DNA of 64,000 nucleotides from Octopus sinensis (lineage: Eukaryota). A model generated the notes under the pieces. The model worked only from the letters and a program-made list of their open reading frames with translations, had not been told where the DNA came from and made no database searches. Each line of letters starts with the position of its first letter. Positions within the stretch are counted from its first letter, which is position 1. The stretch is from contig NC_043003.1 of assembly GCF_006345805.1 (NCBI RefSeq), positions 55,118,001 through 55,182,000 of the forward strand, given 5' to 3'. Positions 1 to 12,310 of this stretch are shown here, one piece after another. Both the position numbers and the translations under genes were made by a program.

Positions 1-452
1 CGTTTCATTTCTTTGAATAGAGCGATTCTGTTCATTAGTCGTCTGGAACACACACATATGGAACCAACTACAAACCTAAATATTGCACACACATACACAC
101 ACTCACACACATATACAGATGTACACGCTAAAGTATATAGCAGATACTGTATGTATAAACAGATATTCGTCTGCTGATCTTATCTTTAGATCTCCACGGA
201 GATTTTCATGTTCCAGTCTGCTTGTAGAGAACTAATGGACATTAGTTCTATGTAACTTAATGTATTAAAGTATTCCCTGCTGATACGTTCCACTTCAGCA
301 TTGCTAATGCAAATGAAACATCCAGGGCAGGATTCCAAATCACCAAAAATTGAAACGTACGTAGGAAGCAATAAATATGAACTCATGTTTCTGCTAATTT
401 GTCATACGTACATAGATACCTACATAATGCATATATATACATACATGCTAAG

Positions 453-484
<32 letters not shown>

Positions 485-490
485 TATATA

Positions 491-521
<31 letters not shown>

Positions 522-833
522 ATGTATGTATGCATATGTGTGTGTGTTTGTTTGTGTGTGTGTGTGTCACACTTGATGTAAATACATCGTCGAAAGGTAA
601 ATTTACTACGGCATTTGTCCTGGAGATAATATATCTTATGGACGCCCTGATTTCAAAAGCAAAATATATATTAAAGGGAGACAGAAATTGTCCCAGTAGC
701 GGCTTGCGAGAACGCCATATGCATTTCTACTTCGCTTGGTTTGTATATAGTGTGTATTCATATTTACCAGCTTACTTAGTCCGAGTTTTTGCCATCAATT
801 TACGAAAATAGGGAATAAACATTCCCTAGTTAA

Positions 834-1118
834 TACAGTTCTATATTGAAGAGATGAGGAATTATATACATTATTTACATTATTTACATTTGACGGATAT
901 TTGTCCTCATCTTGTTTGTTGTTAACACAACGTTTCGGCTGATATGCCCTCCAGCCTTCATCAGGTGTGTTGGGGAAATGTCGAACCTGGGTTCTCATTT
1001 CTAAGGTATATTTCGATGTTATTACTATTATTACTATTATTCAGGTCACTGCCTGGAATCGAATTCGTAATCTTGGGGTTAGTAGCCTGCGCTCTTAACC
1101 ACTACGCCATATGCCCGT
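834..1118 (-). mobile_element. tRNA-headed SINE-like retroelement carrying a hammerhead ribozyme
   Basis: The minus strand opens with a tRNA-like head GGGCATATGGCGTAGTGGTTAAGAGCGC...GAATTCGATTCCAGGCAGTGACC (A box 1099-1109, B-box-like 1055-1066). An (AAT)-like linker and a body with a hammerhead fold at 925-968 follow. The 3' boundary is approximate. Confidence 0.8.
925..968 (-). ncRNA. Minimal type I hammerhead ribozyme (Penelope-type)
   Basis: Minus strand reads ACAC-CUGAUGA-A-GGCUG(GAGGGCAUAU)CAGCC-GAAA-CG-UU-GUGU. Stem I is 4 bp and stem II 5 bp, both core boxes are intact, and the short stem III lies in the palindrome AACGUU. Predicted cleavage after GUU, between 929 and 928. Confidence 0.8.
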
Positions 1119-1165
1119 ATGTTCGATTCCAGGCAGTGGCCTGAATAATAGTAGTAATAATAATG

Positions 1166-1223
<58 letters not shown>

Positions 1224-1225
<2 letters not shown>

Positions 1226-1471
1226 TGATGCTCTGATGGTTATTGTATGAAAAGTGTTCTGCGTAGGATGTGTGCAGTGCCTAGTAGTGCAATTTTTTTT
1301 TCTTTCACATACAACATACAGAAAATTGCACTACCAGGCACTGCACACATCCTACGCAGAACACTTTCCATACAATAATCATCAGAGCATCACAACAAAT
1401 CACAGCACATACCCAAGGAACACAGAGCTGCGCTCGGTAGTGAAGTGAAAGCACGCTATAAAAATATACTA

Positions 1472-1477
<6 letters not shown>
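1224..1477 (+). mobile_element. R4/Dong-clade (RLE) LINE 3' end with an inverted duplication at its 5' side, inside an (AAT)n array
   Basis: About 1309-1377 translates as YNIQKIALPGTAHILRRTLSIQ*, matching the QK.AL.GTA.ILR C-terminal motif of R4/Dong ORFs. Flanked by (AAT)n at ~1145-1223 and ~1477-1558. 1224-1296 is the reverse complement of 1322-1394. Confidence 0.75.
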
Positions 1478-1559
<82 letters not shown>

Positions 1560-3071
1560 TATATAATAAACATTCCCTATTGTTGCGAATACCCGCTCAG
1601 CTGAATTAAAATATTAAAATAAGTTATATGCAACAGGAGAGGCACAAGCATATAATAGCCGTCCATATATCATAGTTAATGTAACTAAAGCATCGAAAAC
1701 ATCTCGCGTGGATGTACTATATTTCAAGACACAATAAATATTAGAATGGGACGAAAATTGTCCGAGCAGAGGCGAGCGAGAACATTAGATGGTGCCAGAT
1801 GATAAGTAGGTGGCAATATTCTATCGAGAAAGAATATAAACTTTTTCTTAAATGTATTTTTCACTGAGAATATAAATCGAATTTCCCCAAGTGGAGAACG
1901 TTATTCCTTGTTCTGATTAGCAGATGTTGATTTTATAAATCCTTCTCGAGCAAACCCTACAATTCTAAATTATATAACCGCCGAAAGCTATCTAAATCTG
2001 TGCTGCATCGCGTATAGATTTATTGCTGGTACGTGCCTCATTTGGTTTCGTTATTCTTGCGTGGATATTTTTATTCATAACTTTTCAACACATAACACCG
2101 CCTGAAATTTTTCTAATTGTCCATGGGATTTAATTAAGGTGATATGATTAAAGAAACATATTTAAGAAGATGGAATTTGAAAGGAATTCAACTACGTGCG
2201 TTTACAAAGTTGTGATCGTTTGTAGAGTGTTGAAGATTGAGATAAGTTCCTGAGATCAAAGATTTGTATGCATGTACCCGCCACAAAGAAAAAAGAAAGA
2301 TAAAAATTATGTGTGTTGAAGGGGAAAACTATGAGAAATTCAAGCGCATTATTATATATACAGCTGTATAAGAGAAAGCAGCTGTGAAAATGCATATTTG
2401 GCTGTGTCGACGTAAGCCATCGTGTATTCTTCTCATGAGAAACTAAATTAATTATATCTTGTTAATTATATCACTTTAATTATATCGTCTTAATTAGATC
2501 TCCTTAGCAAGGTTTTAAAAAAACACGGTTCTACTAAATATACCACCTTTAAAATATTCTTTTGACAACATATTTGTAACAACATACCTGAAAATTAGTA
2601 AAACATTAATAGAGAAATATAAATAATTCTATATTTATAACTAAGGAAGAAACAAATTGAATAGTGTTTCCTCCTTACGTAAGATATCAAACACGAAGCT
2701 AGATCTAAACTAAAAATATACTTGAATAAACAAGGCTTATTCGGGACTAAAATTTAACTCGCAAATAAAAATAAAATTTAAATAAAAGTTAAAAAAGAAA
2801 ATGGTGAAGTATTTACTGACATTTTTGAAATGTATAATTACGCAGAAATTATGAAAAAACTTCTATTTTCGATGATCCATTGTAGTGAATTTTCTCTGCG
2901 AAATAGAGAGATTAAAATAACGTAATTAATAAATTTACCTCAAAGCAAATATCTGTCGTTACGTACTAGTTAAGTCTTTCTTACACCAAAAGGGAAAGCC
3001 CGAAACTAACGTCTTGTTTCTATCAACGAGTTTTACTTAGATAAACAAGCACACACATGCACTTCACTAAT

Positions 3072-3115
<44 letters not shown>

Positions 3116-4289
3116 TCTCAAATGCAGTTATATACATTTATAACAAAATAATCTGTACCAATTACTGCAGCAGAATTAAACAGCAGTATACATTTTATTG
3201 TGCCTGGAGACAGACATTTTCTTTTAGTGCCTTATCCTTAACACACTCACCGGTTCGATTTCCACTCATATGTTTTTTCCAAATTTTCGTTGCGTCTTAC
3301 AGCCTTTTCAATAGACGTTGACTCTGTCTGTTATCAGAGCTGCGTTCTTTTTGTTTGTTTGTGCGCATATATGTGAGTCAGTGTGCATGTGTGTGTGTGT
3401 GTGTGTATGTATGCGTGTATGCACCCACACACACATACATATGTGTACACACATACGCACAATGCAGTCTGAAGACTGAAACAACTGCAGGATGAAATAA
3501 TAACGGAAAATCACAAATACCACTAATATAACTATTACTAATACAATAAAGACACAGCTGGCAATTGGTTTCATAAGGAAACCAATTACCAGAACCTTAT
3601 CACTATTCAAAGAATAACATGCGATGTTTCAGAATGACGATCATGAATGATCAACTTAGTTCATTTGAATTCTTCTTCTCTTCTCTTTCAGCATGACTAA
3701 ATCATGACAAATTGATTGAAATCGGTCGCATCTTTTGATAAAAATGTAAATATTTCTTTCATTTCTGCATAAGAATATTTTGAATATAGATGTCCTCTTG
3801 CTTTTTATATGTTCACAGACACAAACACACACACATACATACACACACAGATATGTGCGCTCATAAAAACGATTAAGCATCACGCAAAATGAGATATACA
3901 AAATATTATAGAAACATTAAATACTTGAAAACTGAATATGTATATAAAATGACGGGTAATTTAATATTTAATTTCGACTCGCAAATAAATGTCTTTTACT
4001 GCTTTTATTTTTTGGGTTCCGATCATGGTGGAGCACTGCGCTTTGTGTCTATTACGAATGTTATGGAACTGAAGTTATTGTATGACTACTTTTATCTTTA
4101 TACCTCGACGCCTCTGAACACTAACCAATGCATGGTTCCACACCGACACTCCCCACACACGCAAACACAAATACACATACACGCTCGCACACACACACAC
4201 ACGCACACCACACACACACACACACACACATACACACACACAAACAGATACACACATGTCTAATCACGCACCACTTTGGTTGTAATGTG

Positions 4290-4425
4290 TGTGTGTTTGT
4301 GAGCCATCAAATTTCGGAGGAAGGTGCCAGACGATTATTTCGTTGCCAGCGCGTAACTAATACTTCTTTTATCGATCCCGATAGGATTAAATGCCAAGTG
4401 GGGCTCGGCGGAAAATTTACTTAAT
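4290..4425 (-). mobile_element. Decayed SINE fragment (same family as 37380-37783)
   Basis: Contains ATCGATCCCGATAGGAT...CTCGGCGGAAAATTT, the reverse complement of the core at 37440-37500. Confidence 0.45.
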
Positions 4426-5350
4426 CATAATGGATCTAGCACTGGCATACCGTTTGTTAACGGTGGAAAATTCGACAATCGGAGTGTTCACGAAGATATA
4501 TGTAATTTCTCATATACGTACTTTATAAAACATAAGACATCTTGAAATAAATGACGTGATGGCTTTATACTGGACGGAGTAAATAAATATTTGAATGTGT
4601 GCATGTATACTTATTTGCTTGTACCTGCAGGGTCATTCACCCGGGGTAGGTTAAGCTGATTCCAATGAATGAGTAATTCATGTTCTGAGTTTCTGCGGAA
4701 ATTCAAGTTTTCGTATGGTCCCCGGTCACATCCATACGTATTTTGTGATAGTGTGATCCTTAGCAGCTAATCTTCCTGCGATGATCGTCCGTCGCAGATG
4801 ATTCACTAACCCAAGACACTGCCGATTATCGTTGCAGATGTAACACGCACTCGTGAGAATTTTGCCTGTGTGTCTGTTTGCGTGCGTGTAGAATTGGGGC
4901 TTACGTAAATATATGGCGGAGGTTTAATATTGTAGCTGAAAGCATTTCAGCGGAATTCATGCATACATGCTTGTCCGTGGTTGATCAAGCTGGAGAAGTT
5001 TGGAAATGCGTATGTTTTGAGTGCTAGTGGGTGCAGATGTTTTAGTACATGAGTAGGAGAGTGGTGTAAGTGAATGGTGATAGGATTGAAGATTGGATAA
5101 ATTGTATACGTGGTGGAATATGCATGCATAGGCGTGTGATGTTTAACCCCGAGCCATTCTTGAGCGAGCAGGCTTATCATCAAACGTGCCCTGACCGAAA
5201 CAAACTAAGATAATTCAATGATTGTGCGTCATAGATAGTCAATATTGACTATCCATTTTTGGGGATGATATGGTACACTTTGAAGATATGTAACAGTTAT
5301 TTCTAGCACTCTCGACGGGACATATGTACGTGTGTGTATGTGTGTGTGTA

Positions 5351-5401
<51 letters not shown>

Positions 5402-5914
5402 TTATATATTTGAAAATATGCTTGACTTTGTGTCTCTGAGTGTATGACGGAAGTTGTTAGATGTATCAGATGACGGATAATGAAAGTAACACTAAAGATG
5501 GAGGCGTTGTTCGGGTGGGCTTATGAGTGCATAAGAATACGTGTGCGAATGCGTATGTAAATTTCATTTCCGGGTCTGGGAACATAAATAAGCTTGTCTT
5601 ACATGTTTGTGCGTGTGTGTATAGTGTATATGAGATGTATTACACAAACATGTATGTGTGTCACTTTATGTAAACCAATTTGGATATAGAATAGATTCGT
5701 GTCAGTTGGTCTATATAAGTTTGTTTCCGTGTGTAAGTATATGTGAGCGCTCCCATTTTCTAGGTTTCACCATTTAATAAGGCATGTGCCTATCGGGGTG
5801 TTGTTTGCATACAAATAAACATATAAATGAACGGACAAATACCTACACCTCCGTGTGTTTCCCCATAATATCTGTATGTGTGTGTGTGGTGTGTGTGTGT
5901 GTGTGTGTGTGTGT

Positions 5915-6185
5915 GAAGGCGCGTGGCTCAGTGGTTAAAGCGTCGGGCTCGCAATCATGAGGAAGTGTGTTCAGTTCCTGGACAGATATGTGCGTTGTGT
6001 TCTTGTGAAAGACACTATATTTCATGTTACTCCAGGTCGCTCAGCTGTGAAAAGGAGTTGCGTAGTTGTTGGTGCCAAGCTGTACCGGCCGTTGCCTTTC
6101 CCTTGGTTTGCCCGCACTTGTGCCGCGGAGGGTGACTTTCTATGTGCAATTCTACGATCATTCACGACCGAAGGGGTTTATTTCT
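5915..6185 (+). mobile_element. tRNA-derived SINE (head H1, core C1, tail T3)
   Basis: GAAGGCGCGTGGCTCAGTGGTTAAAGCGTCG head, TGTGTTCTTG...GACACT...CTCCAG core, GGTGCCAAGCTGTACCGGCC...TTGCCTTTCCCTTGG tail. Homologous to 52882-53200. Confidence 0.8.
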
Positions 6186-6202
6186 TCACTTTTATCTTTA
6201 TA

Positions 6203-6244
<42 letters not shown>

Positions 6245-6280
6245 ATATATATATATTATATATATATATATTATATATAT

Positions 6281-6328
<48 letters not shown>

Positions 6329-6504
6329 GTAGTATGTGACAATTATTCGGTAGCCATGATAAAAGGCCGTCATCTCTTCAGCTATCCTGCCTTCGGAAAA
6401 ATGCTGTGAATAAAAAGAATTGCATATATTTATATATTATTATTTACATAATATCGAGGTCTCTTTCTCTCTTTTGTTGACTTACCATTTTTATCAATCA
6501 ATTA

Positions 6505-6575
<71 letters not shown>

Positions 6576-6632
6576 TCATACATATATACATAAATTTTAT
6601 ATATATATATATATACATACATACATACATTT

Positions 6633-6675
<43 letters not shown>

Positions 6676-6677
<2 letters not shown>

Positions 6678-6945
6678 CAACTGCAGCGTGGAAGGTGTTT
6701 ATAAGCCATTTAAGAAACACACACAGACCGTTAGTTTCTCAGATGCAGCACGAACTTTTGTCAGTGAACAGGTCGCGGTCTCAAAGCGACGAATCTATTT
6801 TGACAACTTAAATTTAAATGTGGAAGTGAATCTAACGGTTTCCGTGTGCTTCTTAAATGGCTTATAAACATCTTCCACGCTGCAATTGTTTTCGTTCCAG
6901 CGCACGATCTCAGATCAAGTCACTCGCTATGCAAGTACATCTCCG

Positions 6946-6948
<3 letters not shown>
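6676..6948 (+). mobile_element. Short non-autonomous Penelope-type element with a fold-back end and a hammerhead-like fold, within (TA)n
   Basis: 59-bp inverted repeat (6676-6734 vs 6832-6890, about 6 mismatches) encloses a hammerhead-shaped fold at 6758-6806. (TA)n flanks both sides. Confidence 0.6.
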
Positions 6949-6990
<42 letters not shown>

Positions 6991-7451
6991 TTTCTCTGTC
7001 CCACGTTTCACTATTTGTTACTCTTACCATCATATATTTGTGCATGCTTCTCACGGGTTTAGGATTCAGATATATTTCTTTCTTCACTCGCCCGCTCCTG
7101 CGTGTACCTATTTATCTGTGTGTTTATACATCGTATATGATATGTCTTCCGCAAGTGTCGTGTTACATCTTATTCTATGTGTAGACATATAAATTTGTGA
7201 AATCCTATACATAGGCGTACGTGTGTGTGAATAAGCGCCTTCATAAAAAATTGTCTCTGTGTATACATGCGAAGGTAGGTATAGACGTTTATATATATAA
7301 TACACACACGCGCGCACGCACACACACACACACGCACACACACACATATATATATATATACATATACACATATACCCACATACACATATATTTACATGTA
7401 TATATATATATGTATATATATACATTTCTTATATATATATATATGATAATG

Positions 7452-7547
<96 letters not shown>

Positions 7548-7629
7548 AAGAAGAAGAAGAAGAAGAAGAAGAAGAAGAAGAACAACAACAACAACAACAA
7601 CAACAAGAACAAGAAGAACAAGAAGAAGA

Positions 7630-9260
7630 ACAAGAAAAGAACACGAAGAACAGGTAAAAACAAACAAACAGGTTATAAAGGGATTACGCCCAGAAAAATT
7701 AGAAGTCTTTTTGCATTTTGAGTGTAACCTCTTCCGTAGAAGAAACTTAATCAACAGCAATTAAAAGCCTAATTAACATAATTAACCACGGTATCCATTC
7801 CACAATGGAATACAGTCACAAATAATTACCCTTCCTGGATGTCTTGATCATAAAAAGAGATACTGAAATTGAAAACGACGCCTTCCTCAAATTAACGGAC
7901 TCAACACCACATCTTCAAACCAACGGACTCAAAACAACATCTATTCTCCTGCTGTCACCCAAAATATAATAAAATATATATACCGTTCAAGAAGAATTTG
8001 CCCGATTGCATCAAATCCGGAAACCCAAGAAAAGCGAATTCAAGAACTTAAAAACAGCTACTAGATAGAAAATACCCGACCAGTCTAATCAAAAACGGAA
8101 TAGAACGTGCAAAAATGATGGACATCTAAGAGATACAGAAAACAAGAAAACACCATAACACACTGAAAACTTTATCTTACACATCAATACACAATCCGAG
8201 GAACAAGGAAGCATACAGCATCATCCATCAAAACATACCCCACCTTATGAATGACCTACGAATGAAAAATGCGCTGGAAACACATAGGATTATCAAAAGC
8301 AAGAGACAACCGTAATCCCTAAAAAAAGTTAACTCACCAGCGCCAAATTACCCACCAAAAATACAACCACATTAGTCTAAAAGTTCAACCGCCCTAATTG
8401 CGGGGATTGCATCTTACTCTTAGAGATCTCAACATACAAATTTAAGTAATCTCAAATTTTTACCATAAAAAATCATATCACCTGTGCTTCGAAAAACTTA
8501 ATCCATGTTGTCAAATGTGGAGGGTGTGGTGGAGACCTACATAAGTCAAAGTAGTTTGACCTTGAGGGAAGACTAATGGAACACAGGCAACAAATCCGGT
8601 TTCCTACGGCCAGGAAAATTCCCGTAAGCAAACACCTAGACCAACGCGCCGCAAGCATTACCCGAAATATCAAATCTTCCCTCCTTTCAATGAACCGGAA
8701 ACACTTCAACACAATTCCGCTTAAAAAAAAGGAAGCATGATCATTCAAAAGTATAAACTAGAGCTGAATATTCTTTAGAAAGAAGAAAAAAACACTAAAT
8801 AGAGAAAGGAAAGAAAACCCAATTTGTCCTCAAAAAAATACTAATACAGCAGACATTATTCACAATCTTTAGTAACAGTCTTCCACGCGGGTTTCGAAAC
8901 CACAACTCTAAATTATCGTGCAATTATAACATACAAACATCAGTTGATGACGTCATCAAACTCTAGACCAATTAAATTTTACCTCCGATCAAAACCGAAC
9001 TTCAGCAAATACATCAAAATGACCCTTTATGAGAATCAACCAACTGGAACGGCTGATGACCGTTTCCAACAGGGAAGCCAACCAGGCATAACGACAAATT
9101 TGATCACTAGAAAAATAAGATATCACCAGTACATTAACGAATCAAAAATCAGATCCGTCCATGGAAAAGATTAGGAATACACCGGATTCCCCCAAACGCC
9201 GTTACAAGCGAAATTCCCTGCACACAAAGGAGAAAGAATCACAGAAACAGTGAACAGACC
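7630..9260 (+). mobile_element. Degenerate Penelope-like element (RT C-terminus + GIY-YIG endonuclease)
   Basis: Frameshifted translation gives IHSTMEYSHK*LPFLDVLIIK...TDSKQHL...CCHPK (RT thumb) and NRPNCGDC...TCASKNLIHVVKCGGCG..YISQ...EHRQQI...IPVSKHLD (GIY-YIG). Homologous to 41085-42316. Outer boundaries are approximate. Confidence 0.8.
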
Positions 9261-9656
9261 CCCTTTTTTTATTATCTTCATTTATCTCTTGTTTTTCTCA
9301 CTCTTGACTCAGTATGACCGAAACTTTGATGATGTTCATTTCTTGTCGATTACTTCTTACACAATTGAATTTTGAGCATTTAAACAAAATGATCCACATT
9401 TTTTTTATATTATTGAATGTTATGATCATTTAAATCATATTTCATATTATTGAAACTAGTAAACATTGAAACTTTTAAACATGTTTTTCTAATTCATAAT
9501 TTAAGATTTTTACCATTAATAAACAAAAATATTGTTGAAACTTGTTTGGTGTGTATTTAAATAAATTTATTTAAAACCAATTACAATTTTTTCAAATTTA
9601 GGTGCATTTTCATCACCATGTTTTCCTTTATTTTTTCCTGCGTGGAAATACACCTC

Positions 9657-9749
<93 letters not shown>

Positions 9750-9778
9750 ATATATATTATATATATATATATATATTA

Positions 9779-9816
<38 letters not shown>

Positions 9817-9851
9817 ATATATATATATAATTATATATATATATATATATA

Positions 9852-9899
<48 letters not shown>

Positions 9900-10649
9900 A
9901 TTTTAAATATAAGCATCTCAGTTAATGAATGATGAAGTGGTGTATACAGCTGATGATGTTCGTAGCTGATGAAGCATAACGACACAGAAACACGTCCTAC
10001 AACGTGATGTGGTCCATTTGTGGTTTTCTCAAGTGACATGTAGAATTTCTCTGTTGCTAGAACTTTCTTTCTCAGAATGTGCATGAACTCTTAAATTAAC
10101 TGCACACACACACACACACACGCACACACAGACATACACACACACACACACTCTCTCTCTCTCTCTCACACACACATATGTGTTTGTGTGTGTGGTTCAG
10201 ATGATGGGATCAGAGGAAGAGGTTCTCATATTGGGAGAAGTGTAAATATTTAATGTGAATGATTGTTGGTAGTACCTAGTGTTAGTGTTTAAGTTTTTTG
10301 GTGAGGAATTCTAGTTTGCACACCACATTAACCACATCGTTGTTGTACCATTTATCTAGTAGTTTGTGCGCGATAATGACCATGCTGTTGTACACCTGTC
10401 TTGAGATTTAATCTTAATCTTCGTGAAAGCTGGTGGTGATATTTGTGGCAGCATGTGTTATAAATTGTATTGTAATCCTTGTTGTTTAGCCCAGGTCAAA
10501 TAAAATCATCCAGCAGACTTATGAACAAAGACAACCTACTATGTTACCTGCGCTCTCCATTTTGAGGACGATGGGGCAGATCTTCTGCAGATTCGCTGAC
10601 AGTGTAGATGGCCAGTCATTGGTCAGATATTAATACACTATTTCACGGG

Positions 10650-12310
10650 TTTTTATATATCCCTGTGGACAGCATGTTCCTATACTGCAGTCGTTCTCAG
10701 TATTTTATTTTATTTCAAATGGGCATGGCTTACTAATGGTGATTTAATGTATTTAGCAATTTCCTACTCCTTTGATCATCAAATTCTGTTTATATACTGC
10801 TTTACAATATTTACATTCTAGATTGCACTTGCACTTAGTGTCGATACACCTTCGAATCATGTCTTGTTAGTATTTCCATTTTCATTTACAGACAATATAC
10901 GTGGGATGGCTTCCCCCAGCACTTGGTGTATATTGCAGGAAGCTTATGGCTGATGTGATCATCGAATATTTTCTTGTAGACAAGAAAGAGTTAAGAAATT
11001 ATGAAGAAAAAGACACACACCTAGTATTTTTTCTACAACATTGTCTATGATAGGAATCATTTCCTTGATATGACTTTCAAAATTTTCCTTTGTAGTTCTT
11101 TCTTTTGGGAGTCACTGCTTTTCTGAAACGATCATAATTTATATATATATATAGCTAGATCTGAGAGGTTCTCATGGTGTTTTTCATACTTTTCTTCCGG
11201 TTATGGGGCTGTCAAATTTTGTTGGTTAGAAATCCATAATTTGCATTTTAGTCATTCACAAATGTTTTCGATGCTCATCATCAAGAAATGCAAGAAATTT
11301 TCTTTAAAGCTCATGCGCACGGAAAAGAACCTCTCCACCTTAGCCGCTATCTCACTTCCGACTATAAAAGTAAGCGACAGCGCAATGAATCCATGTCAAA
11401 ATAAATTTTCACACCCAAATGATTCTTTAATGGACTGCTGGTAATAAAAAGACATTTCGACAATTTTATCTAAAACTTCTTCAGTTCAACTCCAAATGAT
11501 TTTTCGATCGATGTTTCTATAGAAAACTCTTTTGTAATAACATCCGGATTTCGCTCTTTAACAAATGTTGTAAGCCCTTTCATATAACCTAACATACAGA
11601 GACCTCTTTCGTCACAAATACCAACACATAACTTCAATGAAATTTCCATTTTTCAATATCTTTATCTCTGTTAGTGCCTGGCACTTTTTGTAACAAAATT
11701 TCATTTAGTATTTGATCTTCATCAATAATACGAATGAATGCAAATAGTTGCGCTTTTTTAATACTGGCTATTAACTCATCAACTTCCAAAGGGAAATTCG
11801 AATGTTGAAGCTTATCGTGGCATACATTTTCCTCCATGTTAGCTGATAATTACAAAATACTCCTTTGAATGGTATAATTTGAGTATGTAGGTTACATATT
11901 TATTTGATCTGCTTGATCTCCTAGCATTGTCTTCACAATCTTTCTGCATGCAAACAAAATTGCTGACTTCATCAAAGTGTGAGATTGCATTTTTTTCTTC
12001 TGTGCAATCATTTCATATATAAAGTATGAAATAATTGGGTCTTTTCAGAAAACGTCGGTCTTTTAAAATATTTGTTTGCTTTGTTTGTAGTTCTGACAAT
12101 CTTTGAAATAATTTGAATGTTTTTCTTGAACAGAGCAGTGCTTCGCTTTGAAATGTCTTTTGAAGTAGCAAGGGAGCATCGATTCATCTCTTATTCTATA
12201 TCTGCCTACCAGAATTAATAGGGAAAGCTGACCTTCATTTACAATCCATGAGAACCCAGGTGTAAATATCTTTTTTCGTATTTGTAATTAGGCTGTATTT
12301 TAACATAGAA
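10650..12310 (-). pseudogene. Decayed hAT (Buster/Charlie/ZBED5-like) transposase
   Basis: Fragments include a BED-like ...LGFSW...MLPCYFKRHFKAKH, KLQHSNFPLEVDE...KAQLFAFIRII..QIL (cf. LQLDEST...AQLLAFVR) and a SEVR-RLRWRG remnant (cf. TEVRWLSRG). Many stops and frameshifts. No TIRs found. Confidence 0.75.

Noticed and set aside
364-381. 18-mer GGAAGCAATAAATATGAA shared in inverted orientation with 18429-18446 (both read GSNKYE)
   Set aside because: Flanks do not align, and an AT-rich 18-mer match is plausible by chance in 64 kb.
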